DNA of 50,409 nucleotides from Catajapyx aquilonaris (Eukaryota): NCBI GenBank assembly GCA_000934665.2, contig JYFJ02001142.1, positions 124,001 to 174,409 of the forward strand, read 5' to 3'. Shown piece by piece: positions 29,968 to 41,053 of this stretch (position 1 is its first letter; each line of letters starts with the position of its first letter). The notes under the pieces were generated by a model. It saw only the letters and a program-made list of their open reading frames with translations, ran no database searches and was not told where the DNA came from. The position numbers and the translations under genes were made by a program.

Positions 29968-30077
29968 TTAATCTCGCGGGAGTTCTGGAAATGGATGAAG
30001 TATAGAAGACAGCTTCTCTGCCAGGGTACGGGATGATGCACATAATACCCGGCGGCTCATCACATCAAACGGCCCAC
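29968..30077 (-). CDS. IMPA1: IMPase terminal coding exon 6 (GGPFDVMSRRVLCASSRTLAEKLSSILHPFPELPRD*)
   Basis: Acceptor TTTTTTTGTGCTGCAG; GGPFDxMSRRV matches the IMPase C-terminus; TAA at 29970-29968. Confidence 0.94.
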
Positions 30078-33000
30078 CTGCAGCACAAAAAAATACAATA
30101 TATTCACTACGTTGTACAGTACTTTACATGTCTCTTTCTCATACGTATGCTTTCCTTGGAGAAAACCACCTCCAATAATAATAATAATAGCACAGCAAGT
30201 GGTTACTCCTAATACATCTCTTGTGTTAGTATCCCATAGATGTTATCTTCATTGACTAGGGGGGGCATGGTGGTCTAGTCTCTAGTGGCTATGCGGTCCG
30301 GGGTCCAAATCCCGTCCCCATCACCTCTGCTTGGTCACGTCTTTTTCCGCTTTTCATCTGATATGTCCGGGCAGATTTGCACTCCCTTCTCTGCCCAGGG
30401 CCAGAGAAAAGGTCTGGTATTTAAGAGGGTCAGAAATGACTAGAGACTATAACGCTCCCTCCCTTGGGAACCTCCCCTTTCCCCCACACCCAGGGACCAG
30501 GGCGTTGCAGCAGCAGGATGTATTGTATGTATGCTATTAAATAAAGGTCTCTCATGTGAGGTTGGCACTACCCAATATTATTATTATTATCATTATTATT
30601 ATTATTATTATTATTATCTTCATTGACTACTGACATGAAGCTTCAAAATAACCTGCAGGAACTCTGCTCATTTTAATATATGACTGACTACACATATAAA
30701 ATAATTATTTCATGCTGACTATTGGGTATTGCAAAATAAAATGCTCAATGCAATCTATTAAAGGTCTGATTTTAAATTCCGGTGCACACAATTACACTAC
30801 TTAGGTATAGTATTACACTAAACACAAGAGCATACACGTGCAGAGAAATACATTATCTATACTTCTATAGCCATGGCAGCAAATTAAATTTTGCTATACA
30901 TGTCATTAAATTTCGCCAAATTGAATTTTGCCATATATGTCACTTACTACTTCCCAGACGTTTTAGTCTAATATCACATTGTTGTTTTTTTTACACCTAA
31001 TTAGCCTATTAAGAATGCAGTGCTTGTAACACTGCTGTGACATTTACTTGTTGAATTATTAATGGTAATCACATTGGATTTTTAAATTCACACTTCTCAA
31101 ATAGTTTTAAAGCTTTTAGACTGACAATCTCAGGTACAAACTATTTACCAGGCAGTTTATATTTCCAAATCAGAGCAAAACATTTCTTTTTTCAAACTCT
31201 CAAGAACAACACAAAAAATGAGCTTACTTCACCATTACTGTACACTGACACCCCACTGGCCAGCAAGAGATTCTTACTACCTGGCAGAGGTGTACAAGCA
31301 GCAACAAAATTAAACAAGTACAGCTGCACAGACTTTGACAGTGGCCATGAATAATTGGTAAAATTTAAATAAGTCATGAGCAAGCCAATACTTCATTATG
31401 AAAATAATCTCTTTCAATGTAGCTGACAAGCCCACATAAACTAAATGAGCTATTTTCGAACATTACCTGTAATCTTGCTTCATATTGACATAGACTACTG
31501 TTCTTTACAATTTTGGAACAAAGTTTGGTTTACTAGTTAAACACTGACCAAGCAGTAGTTCTACAAAGTTGGTGAAGACAGGCAAGGTGTTAAAACAACA
31601 GGTCAGTAAAAATGCTGTGCAAGGCAAATGCAAACCTTTTAGATCGATGACAGTCCCACCAGCCTCGCGGATGATAATATCCCCAGCGGCAATGTCCCAG
31701 GCATGGATGCCACACTCATAGTACATGTCCGCAGCTCCGGCAGCTATCATGGCCATGTTGAGTGCACATGAACCTGAGCTCCGGACTCTATCCAAGCAAG
31801 CCATGAGTACAAACAAAAATTTGCTGAGGTTGCACCCAACTCTTGTAACTTTGTAAGTGGTCTGAGAAACAACCTGACCCATGCTAACAAGATTTAGGTG
31901 GAACGTTGGGTTCAGAGATAATTAAATGTGGGTACCATCACCGCTTGGTTCCAAGAAGCGTGGTGCTACTTCTACAATTGAGAAGTCCCTGAATAAAAAG
32001 TCCAGCTGTCCAAATTAACAAATCTAGAAAGATTTTGGCAAATTTTTGAAAATTGAATTCTGTTTCACAAAATGAAATGATGATAATTTATTAATATCAG
32101 AAAGTAACAGGTTCTGGCAAATAATATATTAACAAAACTGTCATATTTTTAACAATGGCATTACTCTGGTACAGGCAGATTTCACTGTGCTGAATGTGGT
32201 AGGAGTTCTAGTTACTAATGACCATTTTTATCAGACCAAATTTCCATTAAATCCTATACGTAGACACTGGTTGCTTTTTCCAAGGTGTTCTCAATTATTA
32301 TTTGGTGAAGATTTAGAGGGTGAGCAGGAACAATTGAAATTTGCACAGCAATCAATCTACTCAAGCAGTTATGGTTCAGTGTTAGCACCCATCTTGGTCT
32401 CAAGACAAACCTTGAATGTCGATGACAATTCCTTTGGCTTCCCTCACAATCAAATCACCTGCAGCAATATCCCAACAATGCAGTCCTGCATGGTAAAATG
32501 CATCAGTCCATCCTGCAGCAACACTGCACATATCCATGGCAGCTGATCCACTGGCTCGTAATCTTATTTTGTGGGGCAGTCATGGATATCACATGATGGA
32601 GGATTGTTGTTGTTGTCATAGGTTTCAATTTTTGAGGGTCAGGCTAACTCTCATGAACCAAAATGAAGAATGAAATTTTTCTCAAATAAAGTGCACTCAC
32701 CCATGAACTTGAGGTATCAGCATCTCCAAATTGGCCATAGTACTTGCATATCGTTCCTTGACTCGACTTGTTCCCATCTCACAAACGACCAGGGCTTTAG
32801 AAAGTTCTGAAATAAAGAGCAAAAGTTAATTAGCTCCATTGCACTTAAGTAACATGAACAATCTTGCTTTATCATCCAGCTGAATCATCATATCACTGAA
32901 AATTTCGAAGAGCTCATTTAAATGTCTCAGAATATAATAAAATGCACATTATCAGGTATAATATTATCCAATGTACAATGGAACTTTCAGAACTACCGCT

Positions 33001-35487
33001 ACTATAAGCTCGAATTATCTTTGGGTGGGAAGGTGGTTTTCATCATAAAGGTTTTCCCACAACATGGTGTAGTGGCTAACGTCACAGCTCTGAGATCCCC
33101 CTGAGTTGGGCAGAGGATTCTCATGTGGGAAGGGTTTTGGGAAGTTCTCTCCTTTCTTGTATGGATTTTCTCAGGGTTCTCCCATCCAAAAATCTGTCAG
33201 TATTTAACAAGTTTCTTGACAGGATTGTCACCCAACAAGGTAAAGGCAAGTTACATAATCTGAGATTTTCCCCTTAATTTGTGTTGATGCATCTGGGCAC
33301 AAGAGACAAAATAATCTCTCATTATTCAGAAAACACTGTTTTTCTGCTAGAACCTTGTACAATAACACTCCCATGAAACTCTTGTGAACATCCTAGTTCA
33401 TTGGAGCTGCAAGTAGAGATGTTTCATTGCCCTTGATAAATGGTAGCAGAAAATTATCGATTTTTTTTTTTGCCCTGCATAATTTTCGGATGAGGTAATT
33501 TTGCATTTTTGATGGATTTCATTAATCAGTATGTAGTAGTGTGCATTATAGGCAGATGGAAAGCAGAAAACTTAGTGCATTAGTTACAAAAATGGCAATT
33601 TGGCTATAACAGACCTCCATTAAAACATACTTTTTTCCAAGCTGTCCCTTGAGTCTGTTATATCCGGATTCAACTGTATTATGAGTGGTTTAAAATCAAT
33701 GGTAAGGAAGATGGGCTTGGGACCTATCTCCCGTGGATCCACCGGAAATACTATATGCATGCATATGCAAAAGCTGAAACTTTCAATGCTGAATAACTAA
33801 GGCCCAGTTTGCAAACTGAAGGTAGTAAATCTCACCAAGGTTTAACAAATATTCTTCAGTGCTAAAATTATTGTTATCCATTATGAATAACATCTGCTAA
33901 ACCTTGGCCTGCAATGGCTCAACTGGGCCTAACAAGTCTCACTCTTATGCGTAATGTGGCCAGCAGATCTTCCTTCTCCATGTGACCCACTTTGCAACAG
34001 TGCATGTTAGTTTACTTAGTTACTAGTATAACACATCATGGGCATATCAAGAGAAATACACAAAGTCCAATTTTGGCGGTTCTGAGCTCTTTACACCACA
34101 GTTGCCCCTATTTTCAGCTCCATCCCTTGGTGAAGTTCATTAAGTCCTAATAATTCAGAGTGACACAGAAAGCCAGGATTTCCTGTTTTCACTAAGACAT
34201 AAACAAGTACAAGGGCATCCATTTGACTTGGAATATCTCAAAACTGGGTTTTTGTACTTGGCAGGTATCTCTTGTATGCCCACAACATTACACAGAATGC
34301 AGACAAAAGAAAAAGTCAGTGTAACAGTGTAGCTTTGACAAATATAAAGTGCTATAATAAATGCTTTATAATGCAATCTGGCTTGCTGCTTAATTCACCT
34401 TCTATTCCTGAGACACGGATCGGCTCATTATTAAGAAAAGCACCCTGTCCTGCACGTGCCCAGTACATGAGCTCCAAGACAGGGCTGTAGATGATCCCAA
34501 TTTCTGGTTTCTTGTTGACAAGTAGCGCAATAGAGATACAAATGTTCGGGTTGCTGTGCACAAAGTTCATGGTGCCATCAATTGGATCAATTATCCAAGT
34601 GGGTGCGTCTGTCAGCTCACACTTGGCTCCCTCTGACACAGATTCTTCCCCTATGAACCTGTAAATGGAAGTATAAGCAATTATAACAGTGAGTAAGTAT
34701 TACGATGAGTGCCATTACCTGTGATCAGGAAACTCCAAAGAGATACCTTTGGTAAGCATTTCTTCCACTAGACGATCAGTCTCAGTTACAAAATCCACTT
34801 CACTCGATTTTGTAATAACATTTTTGGATTTCTTCAAGCTCTCTCTTATCACCTGAAATTGGGAATTTGGTTAGAATGGTAATGTAAGTATTAACGCACA
34901 GCAGCATGAAACTAGACAAACAGTAATTATTAGTAGAAGTTTATGTCAAAACATCCATCCAAGACTTGCACTTAACTCTTTAGTTTGCATTTAGCCCTCG
35001 GGCTCCATTGCTTCAAATCATTAACACATGAAAACATCAAATTAGCTGGTGGTCTCATATGATTTCCACCCCATGTCTTTTCCAGGCCTTTCTGCATATT
35101 TTTAGCTTTCGTTTGCTAAAGCACAGTAGACCAAAATAATTAGAATGCGGAGACGAAGATTAGGAAATTCCGTGATAATAATTCGCGCGTCATTCCTGAC
35201 CTATCCCACCAAGTGTTCCCCCTCGGGCCATAAGACGTATGCCCTCGCCTCCCTCTCAACCCGGACCTACGTATGTCACGTGTCCTTACGCAACCGAAGT
35301 ATATTCTGGAAGGAAGGAAGGAAGGTCATCCGCTCCTGTGTCCCCCAGGCAAAAGTGTGAGTACACAACAAGGCGCACCTCAAGACCAAATCCGAGAAGA
35401 CACCTCCTCCCTATATACGCTCACCTGTCCGCACTCCTTGACCAGCTTCATCACCACCTCGAAACACTTGTCCATGCTGGCCGGCAT
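29968..35487 (-). CDS. IMPA1: Inositol monophosphatase (IMPase), spliced CDS join(35487..35425, 34852..34719, 34658..34399, 32806..32701, 31787..31636, 30077..29968), 274 aa
   Basis: Six exons (63+134+260+106+152+110 = 825 nt) with GT-AG introns and consistent phases. Translation MPASMDKCFEVVMKLVKECGQVIRESL...DFVTETD...FIGEES...WIIDPIDGTMNFVH...GVRSSGSCALNM...GIHAWDIAAG...EAGG...GGPFDVMSRRVLCASS...LPRD*. Contains the IMPase metal-binding motifs GEE, DPIDGT and WDxAAG. An in-frame TAG lies upstream of the ATG. Confidence 0.96.
30259..30613 (+). mobile_element. tRNA-derived SINE in the last IMPase intron, antisense to the gene
   Basis: Head GGGGGGGCATGGTGGTCTAGT (A-box-like); GGTCCAAATCCC B-box at 30302-30313; (ATT)n tail; perfect 16-bp TSD TTATCTTCATTGACTA at 30243-30258 and 30614-30629. 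Confidence 0.85.
31636..31787 (-). CDS. IMPA1: IMPase coding exon 5 (VRSSGSCALNMAMIAAGAADMYYECGIHAWDIAAGDIIIREAGGTVIDLK)
   Basis: WDIAAG motif; acceptor GATAG; donor G|GTTTGC. Confidence 0.96.
32701..32806 (-). CDS. IMPA1: IMPase coding exon 4 (ELSKALVVCEMGTSRVKERYASTMANLEMLIPQVHG)
   Basis: Acceptor TATTTCAG; donor GG|GTGAGT; phases fit both neighbouring exons. Confidence 0.93.
33061..33185 (+). mobile_element. Degenerate copy of SINE family 2 in IMPase intron 3
   Basis: ATGGTGTAGTGGCTAACGTCACAGC, GGCAGAGGA and CAGGGTTCTCCC are collinear with the 43892 copy; the B-box region is deleted. Confidence 0.5.
33801..33929. mobile_element. PIF/Harbinger (Tourist-like) MITE in IMPase intron 3
   Basis: TAA|GGCCCAGTT...AACTGGGCC|TAA, plus an internal inverted block CCAAGGTTTA / TAAACCTTGG. 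Confidence 0.7.
34399..34658 (-). CDS. IMPA1: IMPase coding exon 3 (FIGEES...WIIDPIDGTMNFVH...IRVSGIE)
   Basis: Follows a 60-nt intron (34659-34718); catalytic DPIDGT motif; donor G|GTGAAT. Confidence 0.97.
34719..34852 (-). CDS. IMPA1: IMPase coding exon 2 (VIRESLKKSKNVITKSSEVDFVTETDRLVEEMLTKGISLEFPDHR)
   Basis: Acceptor TTTCAG|G; donor AG|GTAATG; conserved D-F/L-VTETD motif. Confidence 0.94.
35425..35487 (-). CDS. IMPA1: IMPase coding exon 1 (MPASMDKCFEVVMKLVKECGQ)
   Basis: ATG at 35487; donor CAG|GTGAGC at 35424; phase 0. Confidence 0.88.
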
Positions 35488-35720
35488 CTCAGGTATATTC
35501 CTCGGGTTCTATCCTCTTCGACCACGCAGCAGCCAGTGATTATCCCAACAGCTGATTAGAGATAGACGACGAAGCAGAGCATCCGCCAAGGACGTCACGC
35601 AGTCTGCGGGACACGATGCTCACTTTATTCAGGCAGCGGTTTCACACTCGGAGCACAGATGGCGTAGCATGCACGGAAACGGATGCGGTCACACATTTAT
35701 GATTATTACGTCACATTATA
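35488..35720 (-). promoter_or_regulatory. CpG-rich promoter/5'UTR region of IMPase
   Basis: Switch from a CpG-poor gene body to CpG-rich DNA around exon 1; CRE-like GTGACGTC at ~35591-35598. Confidence 0.45.
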
Positions 35721-36761
35721 GTGTGTCACACGTGAATCACGGAACATATACCCACAAAAATACAGTATAATAACTAGGGCAGTGGACGTGTGAACGTAAA
35801 ATGTGAGAGCTGCTTATCATGATGATACACGCTCTTGGTGTTATTACTTGAAAGTATTGCATAAAGGAGTGACCACGTGGTATTTGTTTAAAAAAAAAAT
35901 CCTAAGCACATTTTTTATGTAGGATTTAAGTACGGTACAGCTTTGGAGTGTGATAAGAGCTTCGCGATGATGCATGGGTTGGAGTACATCCTGGCAGTTA
36001 GACTCTCCCTGTGAGCAGGGAAGGCTCAAGGATTGCCTTGCCTGGACTAGAGAGTCAGGATAAAACGACAGGATTTGCATTTTGCAGTCTGAAGTGCGTG
36101 TAGGCCTATTGCAGATTTATGGCATGTGTGATGTGCTCGCCTTGTTTTCCTGAGGGGAGTGTTGTTTCACCAGATTGGCTCCATTCCGGACTAATTAAGC
36201 TTCAGTTTGATGCTGCTCAAGACGCGATAATATTCGCGCCACTGCACTGATACTATTACGTGTGGGGTTATGCACACTAAAAAATTGGTTTTAGGGTAGT
36301 CAGAAGGTTTTAATGAAAGGAAGAAATATTATGGCGTTTTAAAATACCGAGTATACTTCGTCTCGCCAGAAAATAAAATACGGCACTGTTAAATGTATGT
36401 ATATGATTGTATCACATAATTGAACTTATTTTGCAGACACGTTCCCGTCTAGTCAGTGCCGGACCCCTACAAAATTTAGGAGGGGGGGGGNCCGCCCCCG
36501 CCCGCACCCCCACCCCCGCATTTTGAAAGATTCACTTCGTTTTTTAATTATTTTTTTGGCTTGTATGTTCAGTACTTCAGGCAATTATAAAACCTGTACC
36601 AGGCACCATGATAAAAAAATGTTTTTTACAAAGGGTTTGTTTTGGAATACAAATTAATAGATCTACAAGTTATTACAATACAGTGAAATACAAGTGAAGA
36701 ACGGTAAATGGATTGACTCCTTAGAAATGAAGTACCAGTACAGTACATACCGTACGATATA

Positions 36762-36955
36762 CAGGGTGATCCAACTCTATGGCACCAACAGTTATTGGAA
36801 AAATCGCGCAAGCTGCTTGTTTATAAGCAGGTCGTTGCTAAGAGATACTTTCTAGAGTATCGGAAATAGCACCTCTTAGCAACGACCTGCTTACAAACAA
36901 GCAGCTTGCGCGATTTTTCCAATAACTGTTGGTGCCATAGAGTTGGATCACCCTG
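36762..36955. mobile_element. Tc1/mariner-type MITE, 194 bp
   Basis: 83-bp arms (36762-36844 / 36873-36955) with one mismatch; CAGGGTG...CACCCTG ends; TA on both flanks. Confidence 0.9.
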
Positions 36956-39292
36956 TATTCACACCTCAGTAGTCAACTGCATTTAATGTCAATTATCTCG
37001 GTAACTAGGACGCGGAAGAGCACAATCTGTATACATAAAACCCCAGTTCTTGTTCCTCAAAGCGAATGCACCTTAAATTCCCTCACCCTGCGGTGTTTAA
37101 TTGATATTAGTCTACTAGGCCTACTAGAAACTAGACGATCATAATTTCTATGCAGATGTTTTATAAGGTGGCTGTGTTGTACCAGATGTTCATGAAGCAA
37201 TATATGACATACAGTACCGGTATTGCTTCTGGTATAGCCTACAACACAGACACCTCAGAGAACATCTGCCATTTGTTGTATATCATAGACAATAAACATG
37301 CGTTGTATGTTTGTCTATGCCACAACAGACAGTATTAGCTTGTGGAGGCAAATTATAATTATGTGTACAGTAGATAGGCAGAGAACCTTGATTCGCGTTT
37401 CAAGTTGTTGCAAAGGACAAAATTATATTTCACTTTTGCTTTATTTGATAAAGAATTTTTATATTCGTATTTTAGCCGTCCCCAAAATTCTGATAGTGAG
37501 TTCTTAGTTGCAAAATTTTCTTTTATGGCATAATATTACCGTATGCAAAATGACAAAAACCAATAAGCGCTCAATAGGCCTACTGCTGCGATGTCAGATG
37601 AGCCTACCTTATCGACACAGCCGAGTATGGGCTTACAACCCAAAAGTTTTCTTTCATTTTTTCGTGAAATTATTCAAGAAAATAACTTAATCAAGAATTA
37701 TCAATAAGACTAGTGGAGGCACGTAAAACTAATTTAATATATTCCGCCCAGGTAAGTCGGAATCTAGAATTCCTATAAATTATTTCGCCATTTGGAAGCT
37801 GCACAGATTTCGACTTGTCTTGTCACAATTATTATTTTTCCAGTCGTTTCGTAGATGCTTCGTGGAGCACAGTACCGGCGGGAATTACCGTACTAATGTA
37901 ATAAGTAAAGCCCGCATTTTTAGGCAAGAAAATACCCCGAAATAGGCACAAGTAAAGTAACGCTAAAAAACCTCAAATGGGCACAGAAATTTACTTTTGC
38001 GAGCGTATGAAGGATAATGTTCCAGAAAATCAAAAAGCTAGACATAAATTTTAATCTTAAAGTAACTTATACAAGAAACTAGTTATATAAGGTCACAAAC
38101 CAGATAAGAGCAATACCCGATTAACAAAGATAAACTGACAGAAACTCACAAAACGTGGGTAAAATACACAAAGTGCCAGCAAGTATCACTTGCTCTGGAC
38201 TCTACTTAGCCCGTTTCCACTTACACAGTATGTCACCAAAAATTTTTCTAGATTTTCATTAGGGAAACTATGTCGTATTACTTCTGAACGATTTTGGTCC
38301 TATCAGGAGCACAAAAAATACTCCGCAAAAAATGCCTCTGAAGGAATAGGTCGTCCAGAATAGGCCCAAAAAGTCCACTAGAAATTTATTGCTTCAAAAA
38401 AGTTCGAAAACTGTACCAAAAAAGCCAAATAGGCCGCTTGTTGGGTCAAATTTCTTTCAAATCTTTCAGTCCTTATAAATTGACCTGGTGATAGTTTGGT
38501 CTGTGCACTTAGCCGAAGACAATCCCTGTACTCTTCTGTTATGTCGCTTTTAAAAACGATAATGGTGAAAGGGTAACTCTTTGATGTAAATTCTACGCAG
38601 GCCTTGTGTAATGTACAGCATGGAGATTAAGTAGAGAAATTAAAACAAGTACTTCTCAGTTTCCACAGTTACATGTGTGTAGAGTTTAAAAGCTATAAAC
38701 ATGAAACGTGAAAATAAAACATATACTTATGCAGTTAAATAAATCCACCCCAAGGTAACACTGTGTGCTTATTATTACGACGCGGGTGCAAGAGCAGACA
38801 GAAAGATTGAAGTTACTTCCAGTGTGGTTGTTTTTGAATCATTATGTGATTCGGTCTTTATAGACTTAAATACAATTAGACATCTACCCTCTGCTTAATC
38901 TCGTAGAGCCGAGGACGTTATATTCTCGTAAATGGGTTCATCGGAAATAGAAGAAAAAAAATCCTTGCAGGTCTTCTCAATGAGTGTCCCATCACGCATC
39001 AGGAGCAATGGCATTGAACTGGAGGTCACCCAGGATGAAAATGACCATTGGTGCTATAAAAAATTGACAGCCCACTCTATTCAGAAACAGCGGGCATTGT
39101 AGTAGCTGCTTTTTACTTTTGGATCAAGTCTCACGGGTTGCGGTGTGCCAAGCAGCGATCTGGGCCAATGTCACCACTCAAGTGTGCACATCGAGCGCTC
39201 GCAAAAAAAAAAAAAACCCATAACCTTGCAGCATCATTGGTGTACAAGTGTGCATAAAGAGAAGAGTGGCAGCAAATGCTTATGGTCAGCCA

Positions 39293-39341
39293 GATATAAG
39301 GAGAGAGCTTATAGGTAACCAGCACTTGTTGGAGGGTGAGT
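39293..39341 (+). promoter_or_regulatory. Candidate TATA box and short non-coding first exon of the Cys-rich gene
   Basis: GATATAAG at 39293-39300; donor G|GTGAGT at 39336; pyrimidine-rich acceptor ...TTTTGCTCAGCAG (39494/39497) just before the ATG. Confidence 0.4.
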
Positions 39342-39513
39342 ATACCTGCTCCTGTGCAATATAAGTTGACATGGGCTGGTTCCTTGGTTGATTGAGATTA
39401 CTTGTCACCTAGAAGATAAAAGGATATTTATAGCCTATATGCAGATTGAGTGAAGGGACAGCTCAACTCATTTTTAATTTCTAATTTTGCTCAGCAGTAT
39501 ACCTTCAACGACC

Positions 39514-39580
39514 ATGACGAATTTGATGTTGGTTTTCGGCCTGACTTTAAGCATCGCATCAGTTATCTCTGTGCAAGTTG
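39514..39580 (+). CDS. Cys-rich protein exon: signal peptide
   Basis: ACCATG context; hydrophobic 22 aa; donor TTG|GTAAGT. Confidence 0.82.
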
Positions 39581-40938
39581 GTAAGTACAGTACAGTACAG
39601 TACATCTGAGAACATAACTTTAAGAAGGAGCAGAGTCACATTTTGGTCAAAACTGAAACAAATATTGTGTAGGCTAATACAGTCCTTGATACAGAATTTC
39701 TGATGATTATTACGCCAGTTGTCTGCTAAAGAAATGACAATCTCCTACAGTCACCCTTACCCTTACAATTTGAAATAACTAAATTATGTGATTCCTATTT
39801 TTCGTCTTGAATTTCAGCAAGCATATTCATTAACACCTCATGTGCCAAAGTTGACAAACTTCTTTTCGCACGACTTTCTCAAAATTGTAAAACTTGTTGC
39901 TCTGAGGGGATTGCAAATGATTTACAAGCACAGCTTATGTAATTCTTGATTTTCACAAGTGGTCCTATCATTAGTTGGGCTCATTACAGTCCGTCAACCT
40001 ATTAGCCAGAGCGTCATATTACCAACGTGCACGAGCTCGGCCAACACTATAGGTAGCCTGGAGCAGGGATCCTCAAAACCGCGACCCTCGAAAGGCTTTC
40101 ACTTTATTGGTTTTCGCCCAATAAATTCGACCAAGAGCGTAGAGGATATGTGTTTTGGCAGACAATCGACTTATTTGTTTTGAATTTTTAGATTTTTTAA
40201 AGGTTTTGAATCTCAAATCGGCTAAAATCTTGTCGGCTTTTAACTTTTATTGGTAAACAGCTCCCTGAAACCTTGTTACACTTGTCGCCGCATATTTTTG
40301 ATTTGAGTTCGAGTTATGGCTATGTCTGGCTCTGCAGGAACAATCGTATGCGTAAAAGATATTTTGTACTATCCACAGCAAGAAGAAACAGCATTGTCGG
40401 GAAGTAAATTCACAACGAGTTCTAACGCTACTATTAACTGGGTTTAACATAATTATGAACGAGTATTACAGTTTGATTAAAGATTTGAAAAAATGGCAGC
40501 GCTCTTCTACAGAAATGAATTTTAAAAATGCGATTGTCACATAATGGTAACTGCTCTTGACTAGTCACTTTTCAAATAATTATTGTGCCTTTTTATTTCT
40601 GTCAGATCCAACCCCTCCAAGTCTGATACTTCAAAACGAAGAATCATGCATAACGACAGGTGGAATATGTGTGGTTAAAGGCTCGTGTCCAGCAGACAGA
40701 AAGGCTGGAGAAGGACTTTGTCCAGACCAGGATGGGGACTGCTGCTATGGAGGTTGTATAAGTCACACTTTATGCCTAATCCAAACATTTTATAACAATA
40801 TTTCATATTCCAGCCCCTGAAGGATCTACCAACTGCCGAGACTATGGTGGTGAATGCATGTTTGGCAGGTGTCCCGAATATTTGACAGTGCCGAACGCCA
40901 CGTGTCCCCTTGAAGAAATTTGCTGCATTCTTATTTGA
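39514..40938 (+). CDS. Secreted cysteine-rich protein with two tandem beta-defensin-like modules (tick carboxypeptidase inhibitor / U-scoloptoxin(19)-like), join(39514..39580, 40606..40752, 40814..40938), 112 aa
   Basis: MTNLMLVFGLTLSIASVISVQV|DPTPPSLILQNEESCITTGGICVVKGSCPADRKAGEGLCPDQDGDCCYG|APEGSTNCRDYGGECMFGRCPEYLTVPNATCPLEEICCILI*. Signal-peptide exon plus two modules C-x6-C-x4/5-C-x10-C-x5/6-CC, each with GGxC. Both introns are phase-1 GT-AG. Confidence 0.88.
40606..40752 (+). CDS. Cys-rich protein exon: module 1
   Basis: Acceptor TTTTATTTCTGTCAG; six Cys ending in CC; the donor could alternatively be 3 nt later (40756). Confidence 0.88.
40814..40938 (+). CDS. Cys-rich protein exon: module 2 and stop
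   Basis: 61-nt intron; acceptor TTTCATATTCCAG; six Cys ending in CC; TGA at 40936-40938. Confidence 0.88.
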
Positions 40939-41041
40939 CTCTAAAGGGAAGGCAAGACTTTCTGATCGAATGTTTAATGACATCTTCGCAGCATTTTGTA
41001 AAGCATTTTTCTTAAATTCCACTGGCCCGGAAAAATTTGAT

Positions 41042-41053
41042 AATAAAAATAAA
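41042..41053 (+). terminator. Tandem AATAAA polyadenylation signals of the Cys-rich gene
   Basis: AATAAAAATAAA ~105 nt after the stop codon. Confidence 0.65.

Noticed and set aside
30259..30320. tRNA gene
   Set aside because: No complete cloverleaf; it is the head of a TSD-flanked SINE
31228..31280. Possible extra IMPase exon (CCAG|GTAGTAAG...GAA|GTAAGC) in the last intron
   Set aside because: It would break the reading frame, has no IMPase similarity, and the six-exon model is already complete
29825..36491. Single N bases at 29842 and 36491 next to C/G homopolymers
   Set aside because: Assembly ambiguity, not biology
38206..38576. Possible piggyBac-like MITE (TTAG CCCGTTTCCAC ... GGTGAAAGGG TAA)
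   Set aside because: The ends match only loosely and neither flank is an intact TTAA
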